27,076 nucleotides of DNA from Candidatus Micrarchaeia archaeon (GCA_041500405.1 JBGQMB010000012.1:1-27076), one strand, 5' to 3'; positions 16,467-25,990 are shown, counted from the first letter of the stretch. The notes: generated by a model from the sequence alone, not told the origin. Numbers and translations are program-made.

Positions 16467-17555
16467 ATGATACTTGCTGACGAGTTCGGGCCAGAATACG
16501 AGATTGAAGTTCGGGACCACAACGCAGGGCTTGAGGCATACCTTGTGATTGACAACACTGCGCGCGGCGTGGGCAAGGGCGGCATAAGGTTCGTTCCGGA
16601 TGTAACAAAGGAGGAGGTATTCGGCCTTGCAAGGGCAATGACGTGGAAGAACGCGCTTGCGGACCTTCCGTTTGGCGGTGCGAAAGCCGGCATAAGGGAC
16701 ACGGGCAAGGCGAGCAAGGAGTCCCTTGTCAGGGCGTTCGCGAAAAAGATAAAGCCGCTGCTCAACTCCCTTTTCATCGCTGGGCCGGACATGTACACAG
16801 GCGAGCGCGAGATGGGCATAATCGCCGAGGTCGCGGGCCAGGACTCCGCTACAGGAAAGCCGGCAATAATGGGAGGGCTGCCGCATGAGCTGGGCTCAAC
16901 AGGCTACGGCGTCGCGGTGTGCATAAAGGAGGGAATGAAGGCGCTTGGCGAAAGCGTTGAGGGAAAGCGCATCGCGATAGAAGGATTCGGCAATGTCGGA
17001 ACCTTTGCGGCAAAATTCCTTTCAGAGATGGGCGCGAAGATAGTCGCGGTTTCCGACTCAAAAGGCTTCATTTATTCCAAGAACGGATTTGACGTCAGCG
17101 AGCTCATAAAGGCAAAGGCGGAACAGGGCTCCGTCACTGCGCAAAAGGCGGAGATGAACGGACCCCATGAATGGCTTTTCGAGGCCGACGCGGACATCCT
17201 TGTGCCTGGCGCAAGGCCCAACAGCGTGAATGAAACAAATTACGGTAGGATAAAGGCGAAATACATCTTCGAGGCCGCGAACATCCCGATGTCAAATGAC
17301 GTCGAGAAAAAACTGTGCAATGCGGGAAAAACGGTTTTTCCAGACATCCTTGTCAACGCGGGCGGCGTGATAAGCTCGTACGCGGAGCTGATGCACTACG
17401 ACGAAAAGAAGATGTTCCAGCTGGTGCATGAAAAAATCTCTGACAACACGAAGGAGGTTGTCAAGAAGGCAAACGGCGATTGTTTCCTCAGGAAATACGC
17501 AATGGAAATAGCGAAGGCAAGGGTGCTGAAGGCGGATGAAAAAAGAAGGCCCTAA
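16467..17555 (+). CDS. gdhA: Glu/Leu/Phe/Val dehydrogenase (glutamate dehydrogenase-like)
   Basis: GKGGIRF, MTWKNALADLPFGGAKAGI, GPDMYT, TGYGV, EGFGNVG, EAANIP, PDILVNAGGV. Start reassigned to ATG 16467. Substrate specificity not certain. Confidence 0.85.
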   Translation: MILADEFGPEYEIEVRDHNAGLEAYLVIDNTARGVGKGGIRFVPDVTKEEVFGLARAMTWKNALADLPFGGAKAGIRDTGKASKESLVRAFAKKIKPLLNSLFIAGPDMYTGEREMGIIAEVAGQDSATGKPAIMGGLPHELGSTGYGVAVCIKEGMKALGESVEGKRIAIEGFGNVGTFAAKFLSEMGAKIVAVSDSKGFIYSKNGFDVSELIKAKAEQGSVTAQKAEMNGPHEWLFEADADILVPGARPNSVNETNYGRIKAKYIFEAANIPMSNDVEKKLCNAGKTVFPDILVNAGGVISSYAELMHYDEKKMFQLVHEKISDNTKEVVKKANGDCFLRKYAMEIAKARVLKADEKRRP

Positions 17556-18157
17556 TGCACCATTCTCGCGTCTATGACTACGCAATCGTTCTCGTCAACC
17601 TTTATGGGGTTGAGGTCAAGCTCCTTTATCCTTTCCCTTCTTATCATTTTGCTGACCTTCACTATCAGCGAGGCTAGCTTCTTGATGTTGACCGGCTTTC
17701 CCCTGAACCCGAGCATTATTTTCTTTGCTTTGACGTCGTCAATCATGTCGTAGACGTCCTTTTCGGTTATGGGGCAGATCCTTGCGGTTATGTCCTTGAA
17801 CACCTCGACATATATTCCGCCTATTCCGAAAAGCACCATCGGGCCGAAGACCTCGTCGTCCATCGCGCCGACATAAAGCTCCAATCCTTTTTTAATTTGC
17901 TTCTGCACAAGCACGCTTGTCTCCTTTCCGAACCTTGACTTCAAATGGTCGAAGCCTGTTTCAAGCATCTCCTTTGTCCAGTTGTCAAGAACGACGCCGC
18001 CGACGTCGGTCTTGTGGATTATCTTCTTGGTCCAGGCCTTGAGCACAAGCGGATAGCCTATCTTCTCCGCTGCCCTGAAAAGCTGGGCCTTTGTGTCCAC
18101 GATTTCATAAGGGGCGACAGGTATGCCGTTCCTTTCAAGGATTTCAAAAACGTCCAT
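17552..18157 (-). CDS. acdB: ADP-forming acetate/acyl-CoA ligase beta subunit (ATP-grasp)
   Basis: IGYPLVLK..IIHKTDVGGV, FGPMVLFGIGGIYVEVFKD, IKELDLNP, VIDARM. Confidence 0.9.
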   Translation of the reverse strand: MDVFEILERNGIPVAPYEIVDTKAQLFRAAEKIGYPLVLKAWTKKIIHKTDVGGVVLDNWTKEMLETGFDHLKSRFGKETSVLVQKQIKKGLELYVGAMDDEVFGPMVLFGIGGIYVEVFKDITARICPITEKDVYDMIDDVKAKKIMLGFRGKPVNIKKLASLIVKVSKMIRRERIKELDLNPIKVDENDCVVIDARMVH

Positions 18158-18247
18158 AAGGCAGTATCGCAGGCAGGTATTAAAATGATAACGGCATTGT
18201 CCGCCGTGCCAATAGCATTTTTAACCTCTTTTATTCACAATAAGCCC

Positions 18248-18967
18248 ATGCGGCTTATGGAAAGGAAGCCAATAAGGGAAATGCGCATCAGGCTCAAGGC
18301 ATTGTTCAGCCGCAGCAAGGCGCGCTTTGAGAAAAACGGGGCTGCCCAGGGGCATCTTGACCTCAAGCTTTTCAATGAATGCAAGGTCGCGCAGCAGGAG
18401 GACGCCAGGGCCAAGGAGGTCAGGCGACTGCTGAAGCAGGGCGCAAACCCGGACGTATCGCTCAACTGGGACGGCGTTTCTGCGCTTGCGCACGCTGCGC
18501 AGAACGAGTCCTGCAAAATCGCCAAATTATTGCTTAAGGCCGGCGCAAACCCGAACGCAAGGGACAAGAATGGATGCACGCCGCTCATGCATGCAACAAA
18601 ATACGTAAATGAGACTGCGACAGCAAAGATTCTCCTTGAATATGGCGCAGACCCGAACGCAAGGGACAACAACGGATGGACGCCGCTCATGTACGCGGCG
18701 TCCAAGGGCGGCCCGGAACTTGCGAGGCTCCTGCTTGAGCGCGGCGCATTCATGACCGCAACAAGCAGAAAGGGCAACACCGCGCTGATGCACCTTGAGA
18801 AAAGGCACGCGAAATGCACGCTCCCCCTTGGCGGATATGGGGATCAGGAAATCTATGACGGCATAATCAAAGTTTTCAATGAGCACAGGGCAAGGACGCT
18901 GAAACGCATCACTGGCTTTGCCTTCGCGAAATTCAAGTCAAATTTCAGGGAATGCGCGAGCCATTAG
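18248..18967 (+). CDS. Ankyrin repeat protein (Ank1)
   Basis: GANPNARDKNGCTPLMHA and GADPNARDNNGWTPLMYA. Start reassigned to ATG 18248 (or 18257) using the TATA near 18218. Confidence 0.88.
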   Translation: MRLMERKPIREMRIRLKALFSRSKARFEKNGAAQGHLDLKLFNECKVAQQEDARAKEVRRLLKQGANPDVSLNWDGVSALAHAAQNESCKIAKLLLKAGANPNARDKNGCTPLMHATKYVNETATAKILLEYGADPNARDNNGWTPLMYAASKGGPELARLLLERGAFMTATSRKGNTALMHLEKRHAKCTLPLGGYGDQEIYDGIIKVFNEHRARTLKRITGFAFAKFKSNFRECASH

Positions 18968-18999
18968 CATTTTTAAACACTTTTGCGCACAAATCCCCC

Positions 19000-20319
19000 A
19001 TGCAGGAAAAGCCGGTTTTAAGCAATGGCGCGCCCCAGGAGACGAGGAAGCCAGTGCCGGACAAGGAGGCCGCCCAGAGGGAGCTGGACTGCGGGCTTGT
19101 GGATGCAGTGATGGAAGGAAGCCTTGAAAAAACAAAAAGCCTGTTCAGCATGGGCGCAAGCATCGACGCCAAGGACTATTGGGGCAAGACCGCGCTAATG
19201 TGCGCCTGCCTTTATGGCCATGAAAAAGTCGCAGCGTTCCTTGTTGAAAACGGCGCAAGCATAAACGCGAAAGACAAGGGCGGTTGGACGCCGATGATGT
19301 TTGCAGCGCGCAATGGATTCACCAACGTTGTAGGGCTGCTGAGTGACAGGGGCGCGGACGTTGGTTCAAGAGACGAACGCGAGTACACCGCACTCATGCA
19401 CGCGATTGAGGAGGAGCGCATCGACACTGCAAGGCTGATGATCAGAAAGGGCGCCGACCCGAAAACGCAGATAAGGAACATCGGGAGCCTACTGCCCAAT
19501 GCCGCAAAAATGGGCATGTACAAAATCGTGAAGTTCGTTGTAGAGGAAGGCACTGACATCGACTCGCTTGACACTGATACGGTTGACGGCAAAGGCATCA
19601 CCGCGCTGGCCTATGCAATACACAAAAACGATTTTGGCATGGCCAAGTTCCTTTTGAAGCACGGCGCAAACATAGACAAGGCAGACCAGTATGACAGGAC
19701 ACCGCTGATGCGCGCAGTGGAACAAGGCGACGCAAAGGCAGTTTCCTTCATTTTGGAGAACGGCGCCGACCCGGACTTGGAGAGCAACATCGGAAAGACC
19801 GCGCTCATGATGGCGGCAAGGGACGGAAACCTTGAAATGGCCAAGCTGCTTGTGGAAAAAGGCGCATCCATTGAAATTGAATGCAAAAGCGCGCTGATCG
19901 AGGCGCTTGACAACAGGCATGACGACATCGCCAAATTCCTCATAATGAACGGCGCCAATGTAAATGCAAAGGACGGGTACGATGTCACCGCGCTGATGCA
20001 CGCCTTGGCAAACGGGAACATGGCAGAGGACAAATTTGAAATACTCATGCTCCTTGTGGACAAGGGCGCGGACATAGGCGCAAAGAATTCGAGAGGAATG
20101 GATATCATCGACCTGGCCATGAATTACGCCTCGTCCATCCCGCTGCCGTCCTCGGCACATTCCGCTGGTGCCACGATGTGGTTGAATGGCATAAAACAGA
20201 ATGCAATACGGCTTCAGAAGTTTCTTGAGATGGCCGGAGCATTCCAGCCCCTCATAGGCAAGGGGCCGCTGAGCGAGCTTGTGCTCAATTTCGCGGATTG
20301 CACCATGCAAAGAAAATAG
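19000..20319 (+). CDS. Ankyrin repeat protein (Ank2, about 10 repeats)
   Basis: Repeated GAxIxAKDxxGxTALM units. ATG 19000 with TATA near 18970. Confidence 0.9.
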   Translation: MQEKPVLSNGAPQETRKPVPDKEAAQRELDCGLVDAVMEGSLEKTKSLFSMGASIDAKDYWGKTALMCACLYGHEKVAAFLVENGASINAKDKGGWTPMMFAARNGFTNVVGLLSDRGADVGSRDEREYTALMHAIEEERIDTARLMIRKGADPKTQIRNIGSLLPNAAKMGMYKIVKFVVEEGTDIDSLDTDTVDGKGITALAYAIHKNDFGMAKFLLKHGANIDKADQYDRTPLMRAVEQGDAKAVSFILENGADPDLESNIGKTALMMAARDGNLEMAKLLVEKGASIEIECKSALIEALDNRHDDIAKFLIMNGANVNAKDGYDVTALMHALANGNMAEDKFEILMLLVDKGADIGAKNSRGMDIIDLAMNYASSIPLPSSAHSAGATMWLNGIKQNAIRLQKFLEMAGAFQPLIGKGPLSELVLNFADCTMQRK

Positions 20320-20389
20320 CCGTCGGTTTTTCCCTGGGCTTTTTCTAAAATAGTTTTTCTTTCCGCAGGAGCTTTCTAAAGTAGTTTCT

Positions 20390-20424
20390 TTTTCCCCAAG
20401 TGCTTTTTCTTCGCAAAGAAAAAG
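20390..20424. repeat. Palindromic repeat or hairpin immediately 3' of SRP RNA
   Basis: CCCCAAGTGCTTTTTCTTCGCAAAGAAAAGG resembles CCCAAGGGCCTTTTCTTCGCGAAGAAAAGG downstream of tRNA-Gly. Confidence 0.7.
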
Positions 20425-20430
20425 GACTTT

Positions 20431-20685
20431 TGGGCTTCCTGGTTCGCAATACATCGCCAAACAGGGCCTTTTCCGGCGAAGCTCCATCCTGCGGCTCTCC
20501 CAAACAGGAAAATACGCCTTATGGCTGCTCCTTCCGGCCTGACCAGTTTCGTCGCATCTTCGCTATTGGAAGACAGGACTTCGACGCCCCGACGGGAAGG
20601 ATGCCTGGCAAGGCACTACTCCCCAGGCCTTCGGTCCGCCTAAAGGGGATTTGCGGTGCTGGGACCCCTAGCCCCAACCTAGCCC
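20431..20685 (-). ncRNA. ffs: Signal recognition particle (7S) RNA
   Basis: Helix 8 signature UGGUCAGGCCGGAAGGAGCAGCCA (20522-20545). Terminal GGGCU/AGCCC pairing. Alu domain with two hairpins and GGGG/CCCC loop complementarity. TTTAAAAT about 25 nt upstream. Confidence 0.9.
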
Positions 20686-20709
20686 ATTCAATTGAGAGGG
20701 GAAGATATT

Positions 20710-21375
20710 TTAAATCCGCGCCATGCCCCTGAAAACGGACCAGTCGCCCTTCGGAAAGTCGTTGTCCCAAAGACCTGTCAAACAATCCGGCCTTTTTTCC
20801 ACAACATCCGGAATATTGTTCAGGACGCCGAGGCTGGAAATCTGGATATCCGATACGAACATGAGCACAATCTCGCTGCATGCCATGTCCGCAATCTTCA
20901 TTATCGCATCGCTTATCGCATGCGGCGTTATCAGCTTGCCATTGAAGCCGTTGCGCAGCCACGTTGTCATTGTCTTCGGGTAGTCGCTTTCAAAGTTCGA
21001 GAATATCTCTGCTGCCAATGCTGAGAACGGCCCGCTTGCTATGAGCCTGGACACAATCGCGCTGTGCGAACCTCCCCTCTGCGCCATGCTGACCATCTCA
21101 GGGATTATGTATGTTATCTCTCCGCCGCGCCTTCCTGCGCCAAGGACAGAGGCGCGCTCGCCGTATCCCACGAAGAACTCGAATGCCGTTTGTTTGCATC
21201 TTTCAAGCATGCTGGGGATTACCGCAACCTCCTGGTTCTCAAGCACATCCTTCATCCACGTGCCGAACCGCCTTGCGTTTTTCCTGCCATCCATTGTGAT
21301 GCCTGCGTGCATTCCATCCTCAACGCGGGATGCGACTGCCTTTTCGGCGTGCCTTACAACGAATAACTTTGCCAT
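20710..21375 (-). CDS. Histidine phosphatase superfamily protein
   Basis: LFVVRHAEK, GITMDG, SMLERCKQTA. ATG 21375 with an AGGAG SD-like site. Confidence 0.75.
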   Translation of the reverse strand: MAKLFVVRHAEKAVASRVEDGMHAGITMDGRKNARRFGTWMKDVLENQEVAVIPSMLERCKQTAFEFFVGYGERASVLGAGRRGGEITYIIPEMVSMAQRGGSHSAIVSRLIASGPFSALAAEIFSNFESDYPKTMTTWLRNGFNGKLITPHAISDAIMKIADMACSEIVLMFVSDIQISSLGVLNNIPDVVEKRPDCLTGLWDNDFPKGDWSVFRGMARI

Positions 21376-21384
21376 CCTATCTCC

Positions 21385-21418
21385 TGTTTGTTTAAATGTT
21401 CTTAAATGTAAACAAACA
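21385..21418. promoter_or_regulatory. Operator-like inverted repeat in an AT-rich divergent promoter
   Basis: TGTTTGTTTA-N14-TAAACAAACA, perfect 10-bp arms. Confidence 0.55.
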
Positions 21419-21449
21419 TTATAAAAACAATACCGTCCAATAAGGGAGC

Positions 21450-21929
21450 ATGCTCCCAAACGACAGGCTGGAGGCGCTCAGAATCCTGACAAAGAGACTT
21501 TCAGGCAGCGCCATAAACTGGGCCGTTTGCGCGGGCACCGGCATCTGGCTGCAGGGAGTGAAGATAGAGCCGAAAGACATAGACATAATTGTCTGTACGA
21601 AGGACGACACGGAAAGGCTCGCTGAAAGGCTGAAAAAGTTCGAAATAGAGCCAATAAAGCGCGTTGAAAAGGAGAACTACGACGCATACGAGGGAAAATT
21701 CAAGGTCAATGGGATAGACGTCCAGGTAATGGGCGAGCTTGTCAACAAGGTTCCGGGATGCGACCTTTGGAGCGAGACAAAAGGGCTTTCCGCAAAAAGG
21801 ACGCTGATAGTTGACAGCATGAGGATACCCGTCATCTCTCTTGCGCAGGAGTACAATGCATACCTGAAAAGGGGGAAGCTGGAAAAGGCGGAGAAAATTT
21901 TCGAGGCCATGCAGGGAAAAAACCCATAA
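21450..21929 (+). CDS. Pol-beta-type nucleotidyltransferase (LinA/ANT(2'')-like small NTase)
   Basis: WAVCAGTGIWLQGVKIEPKDIDI (DxD), third acidic residue in IDVQVMG, IPVISLAQEY..Y.K.GK.EKA tail. Confidence 0.75.
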   Translation: MLPNDRLEALRILTKRLSGSAINWAVCAGTGIWLQGVKIEPKDIDIIVCTKDDTERLAERLKKFEIEPIKRVEKENYDAYEGKFKVNGIDVQVMGELVNKVPGCDLWSETKGLSAKRTLIVDSMRIPVISLAQEYNAYLKRGKLEKAEKIFEAMQGKNP

Positions 21930-21957
21930 ATTTAAACCTTTCTTTTCAAACCAAGGC

Positions 21958-23574
21958 ATGCGCCTTTCCAAAAGGAAGTATATTGTGATTCTCGGCTCAT
22001 TGATGTCCGGCCTTGGCAAGGGCATACTCTCATCCTCTATAGGAAAAATCCTGCAAAGCAACGGCCTCAAGGTAGTCCCGATAAAGTTTGACGGCTACCT
22101 GAACGTGGACTGCGGGACAATGAATCCGTACAGGCACGGCGAAGTGTTTGTCTTGGACGACGGGACGGAGTGCGACATGGATTTCGGGACCTATGAGCGG
22201 TTCCTCAACTACAACCTGGAAGGCATCAGCAGCATAACAGGCGGAAAAATATTCAAGAGGATAATAGACAAGGAAAGGAAGGGCGACTTCCTTGGCCGCG
22301 ATGTGCAGATAGTCCCGCACCTCACTGACGAGCTCAAGAAATGGGTAAAGGACGTGGGCGAGCATTTTGGCGCCGACGTGGTGCTTGTGGAGGTCGGCGG
22401 AACGGTCGGCGACATCGAGAACAGCTATTTCATAGAGGCGATGAGGCAGATGTCCTTTGAGGAGCACGGCAACATGCTGTTTATACAGCTGACTTACGTG
22501 AACAGCATATCAAAGGGCGAGCAGAAGACGAAACCTACTCAGCACGCCAATAGGCTGCTTGCTTCTCTTGGCATCCATCCGCACATAATAATAACAAGGG
22601 AGGACGAGCCCTTGACAAAGGAGTCAAAGGAGAAGATAAACATATTCTGCAATGTTCCCCCTGAAAACGTGTTCGACGACCCCATGCTGGAGACGGTTTA
22701 CGAGCTTCCGCTTGTGCTTGAGAAGCAGGGCCTGAGCAGTGTGCTTTGCAAGGAGCTTGGCATAGAAACGAGGCGCGACGGGCTGAAGGAATGGTCCGCA
22801 ATAGTGGACAGGATCAAGGAGCCTAAAAAGGAGATAAACGTCGCCATAGTGGGCAAATACATGAGAGTCAGGGATGCCTACGCAAGCATTTATGAGGCGC
22901 TCATCCACGCTGGCGCGGCCACAAATTCCAAGATAATCATGAAGCACGTGGAATCGTCCGAGCTTGACGACGGAAAGATAAAGGCCGCGGACGCGCTCGG
23001 GGGCATTGATGCCGTGATTGTCCCCGGCGGGTTCGGGGCAAGGGGCGTTGAAGGCAAGATAGCCGCAATAAAATATTGCAGGGAAAACAGGGTTCCGTAC
23101 CTTGGGCTCTGCCTTGGCATGCAGCTCATGGCAGTGGAATACGCAAGGAACGTCTGCGGAATGGAAAACGCAAATTCGACGGAGTTTGACGAAAAAACAG
23201 AATACCCGGTCATTTACCTTATGCCGGAGCAGGAGGGCGTGAAGGAGAAAGGCGCAACAATGAGGCTCGGCGCATACGAGTGCGTGCTCAAGGAGGGGAC
23301 AATGGCGCACAAGGCATACGGAACAATAAAAATAAGCGAAAGGCACAGACATAGGTACGAGGCCAACAACGGGCTTGTCAGGCAGATGGAAGACAAGGGA
23401 TTGGTCGTCTCCGGAACATCGCCGGACAAAAGGATAATAGAGGTGGTGGAATGGAAGGACTCCTTCGGCATAGGCACGCAGGCCCATCCTGAGCTCAAAA
23501 GCAGGCTGGAGCGCCCCGCCCCGCTTTTCGTGGCCCTTGTCGAGGCCGCGCTAAGGAAACAAAGAAAGGAATAA
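21958..23574 (+). CDS. pyrG: CTP synthase
   Basis: SGLGKGI, GTMNPYRHGEVFV, EVGGTVGDIE, KTKPTQH, LGLCLGMQL, ERHRHRYE, QAHPE. Confidence 0.97.
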   Translation: MRLSKRKYIVILGSLMSGLGKGILSSSIGKILQSNGLKVVPIKFDGYLNVDCGTMNPYRHGEVFVLDDGTECDMDFGTYERFLNYNLEGISSITGGKIFKRIIDKERKGDFLGRDVQIVPHLTDELKKWVKDVGEHFGADVVLVEVGGTVGDIENSYFIEAMRQMSFEEHGNMLFIQLTYVNSISKGEQKTKPTQHANRLLASLGIHPHIIITREDEPLTKESKEKINIFCNVPPENVFDDPMLETVYELPLVLEKQGLSSVLCKELGIETRRDGLKEWSAIVDRIKEPKKEINVAIVGKYMRVRDAYASIYEALIHAGAATNSKIIMKHVESSELDDGKIKAADALGGIDAVIVPGGFGARGVEGKIAAIKYCRENRVPYLGLCLGMQLMAVEYARNVCGMENANSTEFDEKTEYPVIYLMPEQEGVKEKGATMRLGAYECVLKEGTMAHKAYGTIKISERHRHRYEANNGLVRQMEDKGLVVSGTSPDKRIIEVVEWKDSFGIGTQAHPELKSRLERPAPLFVALVEAALRKQRKE

Positions 23575-23598
23575 AAAGTTATTCGGTGATATGGTGCC

Positions 23599-24186
23599 AT
23601 GGGGTTCCCAAAAGTGAGCGCAATAGGCATAATAGCCGGAATAATCATCTTCTTCGCAGTAATGTCCCTTCTGTTCCTAATCAACCCAAGGGGAGTGCAG
23701 ACGACAGAGACATCATTCAAGGTAACTGAGCAGCAGGCCATACTGGACGATGCGAGGGCAAAATACCCCAACGCCGACATTGTGGACATAATAAACGTGA
23801 CTGAAATAGGCTCGGGAGCATCGAAGTATTTCCAGGTCAAGGTCCGAGTCACTGAAGGATACAATTCCACGTGCCCGAAGAGGTACCACCTTGAGTATTT
23901 TTATCCGAACCAGAGGTTTGAGCCGTCCGAGCCTGAGCTTGTGACAAATGACTGCTCATTCTGCTCCAATGGAAATTGCCTTATCGCGTTTGAGGAAGAG
24001 GCCATAATAGCAAGCGCCAATGCCCCGGGAACAAGGGGCGTGAAGTCGTTCATTGCAAACAACAACGCCACTCCTTTGGTGATGGTCGAGGGCAACGAAT
24101 GGAACGTGCTTTGGCGCGCCGAAAACAGCTCAGTCAAGATATCCATCCTTGGCAACGGCTATGTGGAGAACGTGACGTATTCCTAG
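23599..24186 (+). CDS. Membrane-anchored extracellular hypothetical protein
   Basis: N-terminal TM helix, Cys cluster CSFCSNGNC, several N-x-S/T sequons. Confidence 0.7.
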   Translation: MGFPKVSAIGIIAGIIIFFAVMSLLFLINPRGVQTTETSFKVTEQQAILDDARAKYPNADIVDIINVTEIGSGASKYFQVKVRVTEGYNSTCPKRYHLEYFYPNQRFEPSEPELVTNDCSFCSNGNCLIAFEEEAIIASANAPGTRGVKSFIANNNATPLVMVEGNEWNVLWRAENSSVKISILGNGYVENVTYS

Positions 24187-25934
24187 CCCAAGGAGTAGTA
24201 ATCCCCTTTTTCCCTTTGCTCCCTGTCCAGCACGCTGCCAGGCTTGTTTATCCTAGGGCGGAACGTATCAACGTCCCTTCTTACGGTTATATCCATTGCC
24301 TTGAGGAACAGGTCCATCCCCTCCCTCTTGTGCATGGCCTTGCTTCCATGGCCTTTTTTGGAGCGCTCCCCGGAAAACAGCATTATCCTGTTTGACACCC
24401 TGTCTATCAGGCTTATGTCGTGGTCTATTATGAAGACAGGCTTTTTCCTGTATTCAATGAAATCTGATATCAGATGGCAGAACGCTATCCTTTGCTCCAC
24501 GTCAAGGAACGCGCTCGGCTCGTCCAGGAGATACAAATCGGCTTCAAGCGACAGCGTGTGCGCTATGCTGACCTTTTGCAATTGTCCGCCGCTTAACTGG
24601 CTCAATTTCCGCTCAAGCAGGTTCGCAGGTATGCTCAGCAGCCGCCTTGAAAGCTCGATTATGAAAGGGTCGCCTTTTGCAAAAACGGATGATACTCTGT
24701 CTTCGTTTGCCTCAAGGTACTGCTTCTTGTATGCTATTTTCATCTTGTTGTCAAAGTCGCCTGCATCGGATTTTTCCACCCCGGCAAGCATCCGCATGAA
24801 CGTTGTTTTTCCAAGCGCATTTCCGCCGACTATGCCGACAACCTCCTTTTCCCTGATTTCGCTTGGTTCCACTTCCAGCTTGAACGGGCCGAAGTCCTTT
24901 TTCAATTCCGGATACTTGAAATATACGGCGGCTTTTTCCTCCTGCTGGCTGAATTTCGAGAACTTTATCTCAAAGTCCCTTATTTTCAGGTTCTCCGCCC
25001 TCAAAAATCCCTGCAAATACTCGTTTATGCCGGTCCTTGAGGCCTTGAGGCCGCTCACTGCGCCGTATGCGCCCTCCTCGCCGAAGAAAATATATGCGTA
25101 ATCCACAAGGTAGTCCATAACGGTCAAGTCGTGGTCAACAACTATCAAAGTGTTCTTCTCCCCGAACTCCTTCAGCATCACGGATAATCTTAGCCTTTCG
25201 CCTATGTCAAGGTAGTTTGTAAGTTCGTCTATATAATAGATGTCCGCGTTTTTGCTTATGGTTATTGCAACGCTCAATTTCTGCAGTTCCCCGCCGCTCA
25301 GCTCGTTAACTTTTCTCTCGGCTATGTCTTCAAGCCCGAATTTCTCCAGCATATCCTTTCCAAGGCCAACGGCCTTCAAAAGCTCCTTGACATGGACCTT
25401 TTTCTTCCTTATGTTCTCTATATCCTGCGGCTTTATGGAAACGTTGTGTTCGCCTGCTATGGATGAAAGATAATTCTTAACTTCCATCGAGGACTTTTCA
25501 TATATCTCGTCCCAGGAGAATTCCCTCTCTTCGCCAAAATTGGGCTTGAGCTGCTTTGACAAAAGCCTTATTGCGGTCGTTTTTCCTATGCCGTTCTTGC
25601 CTATCAGGCCTATGACCTCGCCCTTTTTCGGTATTGGCAGTCCGTAAAGCCTGAACATGTTCGGCCCGTACGAGAACATCGGCGCCCCGAGCTCCTTCGA
25701 AAGGTTTATGATGTAGATGGCGCCGTTCGGGCATTTTTTCACGCATATGCCGCAGCCTATGCACCTCTCGTTGTTTATGAGCGGATACTTGCTTTCCTCA
25801 TCTATCTCTATGCACTTGTCCCTTGTCCTGTTGATGGGGCATACCTTGACGCACACGTAGCCGCACTTCTCCTTTGTGCAGGCGTCCCTGTCGATAATAG
25901 CCAGCCGCTTGGCCGCAACGCTAACCTTTGCCAT
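24183..25934 (-). CDS. rli: Ribosome recycling ATPase ABCE1/Rli1
   Basis: Two Fe-S motifs (C..KCGYVCVKVCP, CIGCGICVKKCP), two ABC domains (GKNGIGKTT, LSGGELQ, LSGGQLQ), RPRINKPGS.LDREQ tail. Confidence 0.96.
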   Translation of the reverse strand: MAKVSVAAKRLAIIDRDACTKEKCGYVCVKVCPINRTRDKCIEIDEESKYPLINNERCIGCGICVKKCPNGAIYIINLSKELGAPMFSYGPNMFRLYGLPIPKKGEVIGLIGKNGIGKTTAIRLLSKQLKPNFGEEREFSWDEIYEKSSMEVKNYLSSIAGEHNVSIKPQDIENIRKKKVHVKELLKAVGLGKDMLEKFGLEDIAERKVNELSGGELQKLSVAITISKNADIYYIDELTNYLDIGERLRLSVMLKEFGEKNTLIVVDHDLTVMDYLVDYAYIFFGEEGAYGAVSGLKASRTGINEYLQGFLRAENLKIRDFEIKFSKFSQQEEKAAVYFKYPELKKDFGPFKLEVEPSEIREKEVVGIVGGNALGKTTFMRMLAGVEKSDAGDFDNKMKIAYKKQYLEANEDRVSSVFAKGDPFIIELSRRLLSIPANLLERKLSQLSGGQLQKVSIAHTLSLEADLYLLDEPSAFLDVEQRIAFCHLISDFIEYRKKPVFIIDHDISLIDRVSNRIMLFSGERSKKGHGSKAMHKREGMDLFLKAMDITVRRDVDTFRPRINKPGSVLDREQREKGDYYSLG

Positions 25935-25990
25935 ATGGCACCTTGTTTTCCGGCACAGTTTTTAATTGCTTTGGCGCACAATCCATATTG

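Noticed and set aside
17945..18247. Long N-terminal extension of Ank1 in the ORF track
   Set aside because: It overlaps acdB on the opposite strand; the TATA position supports a start at 18248 or 18257.
20400..20732. 110-aa ORF and overlapping small ORFs
   Set aside because: The region is occupied by the SRP RNA gene on the minus strand.
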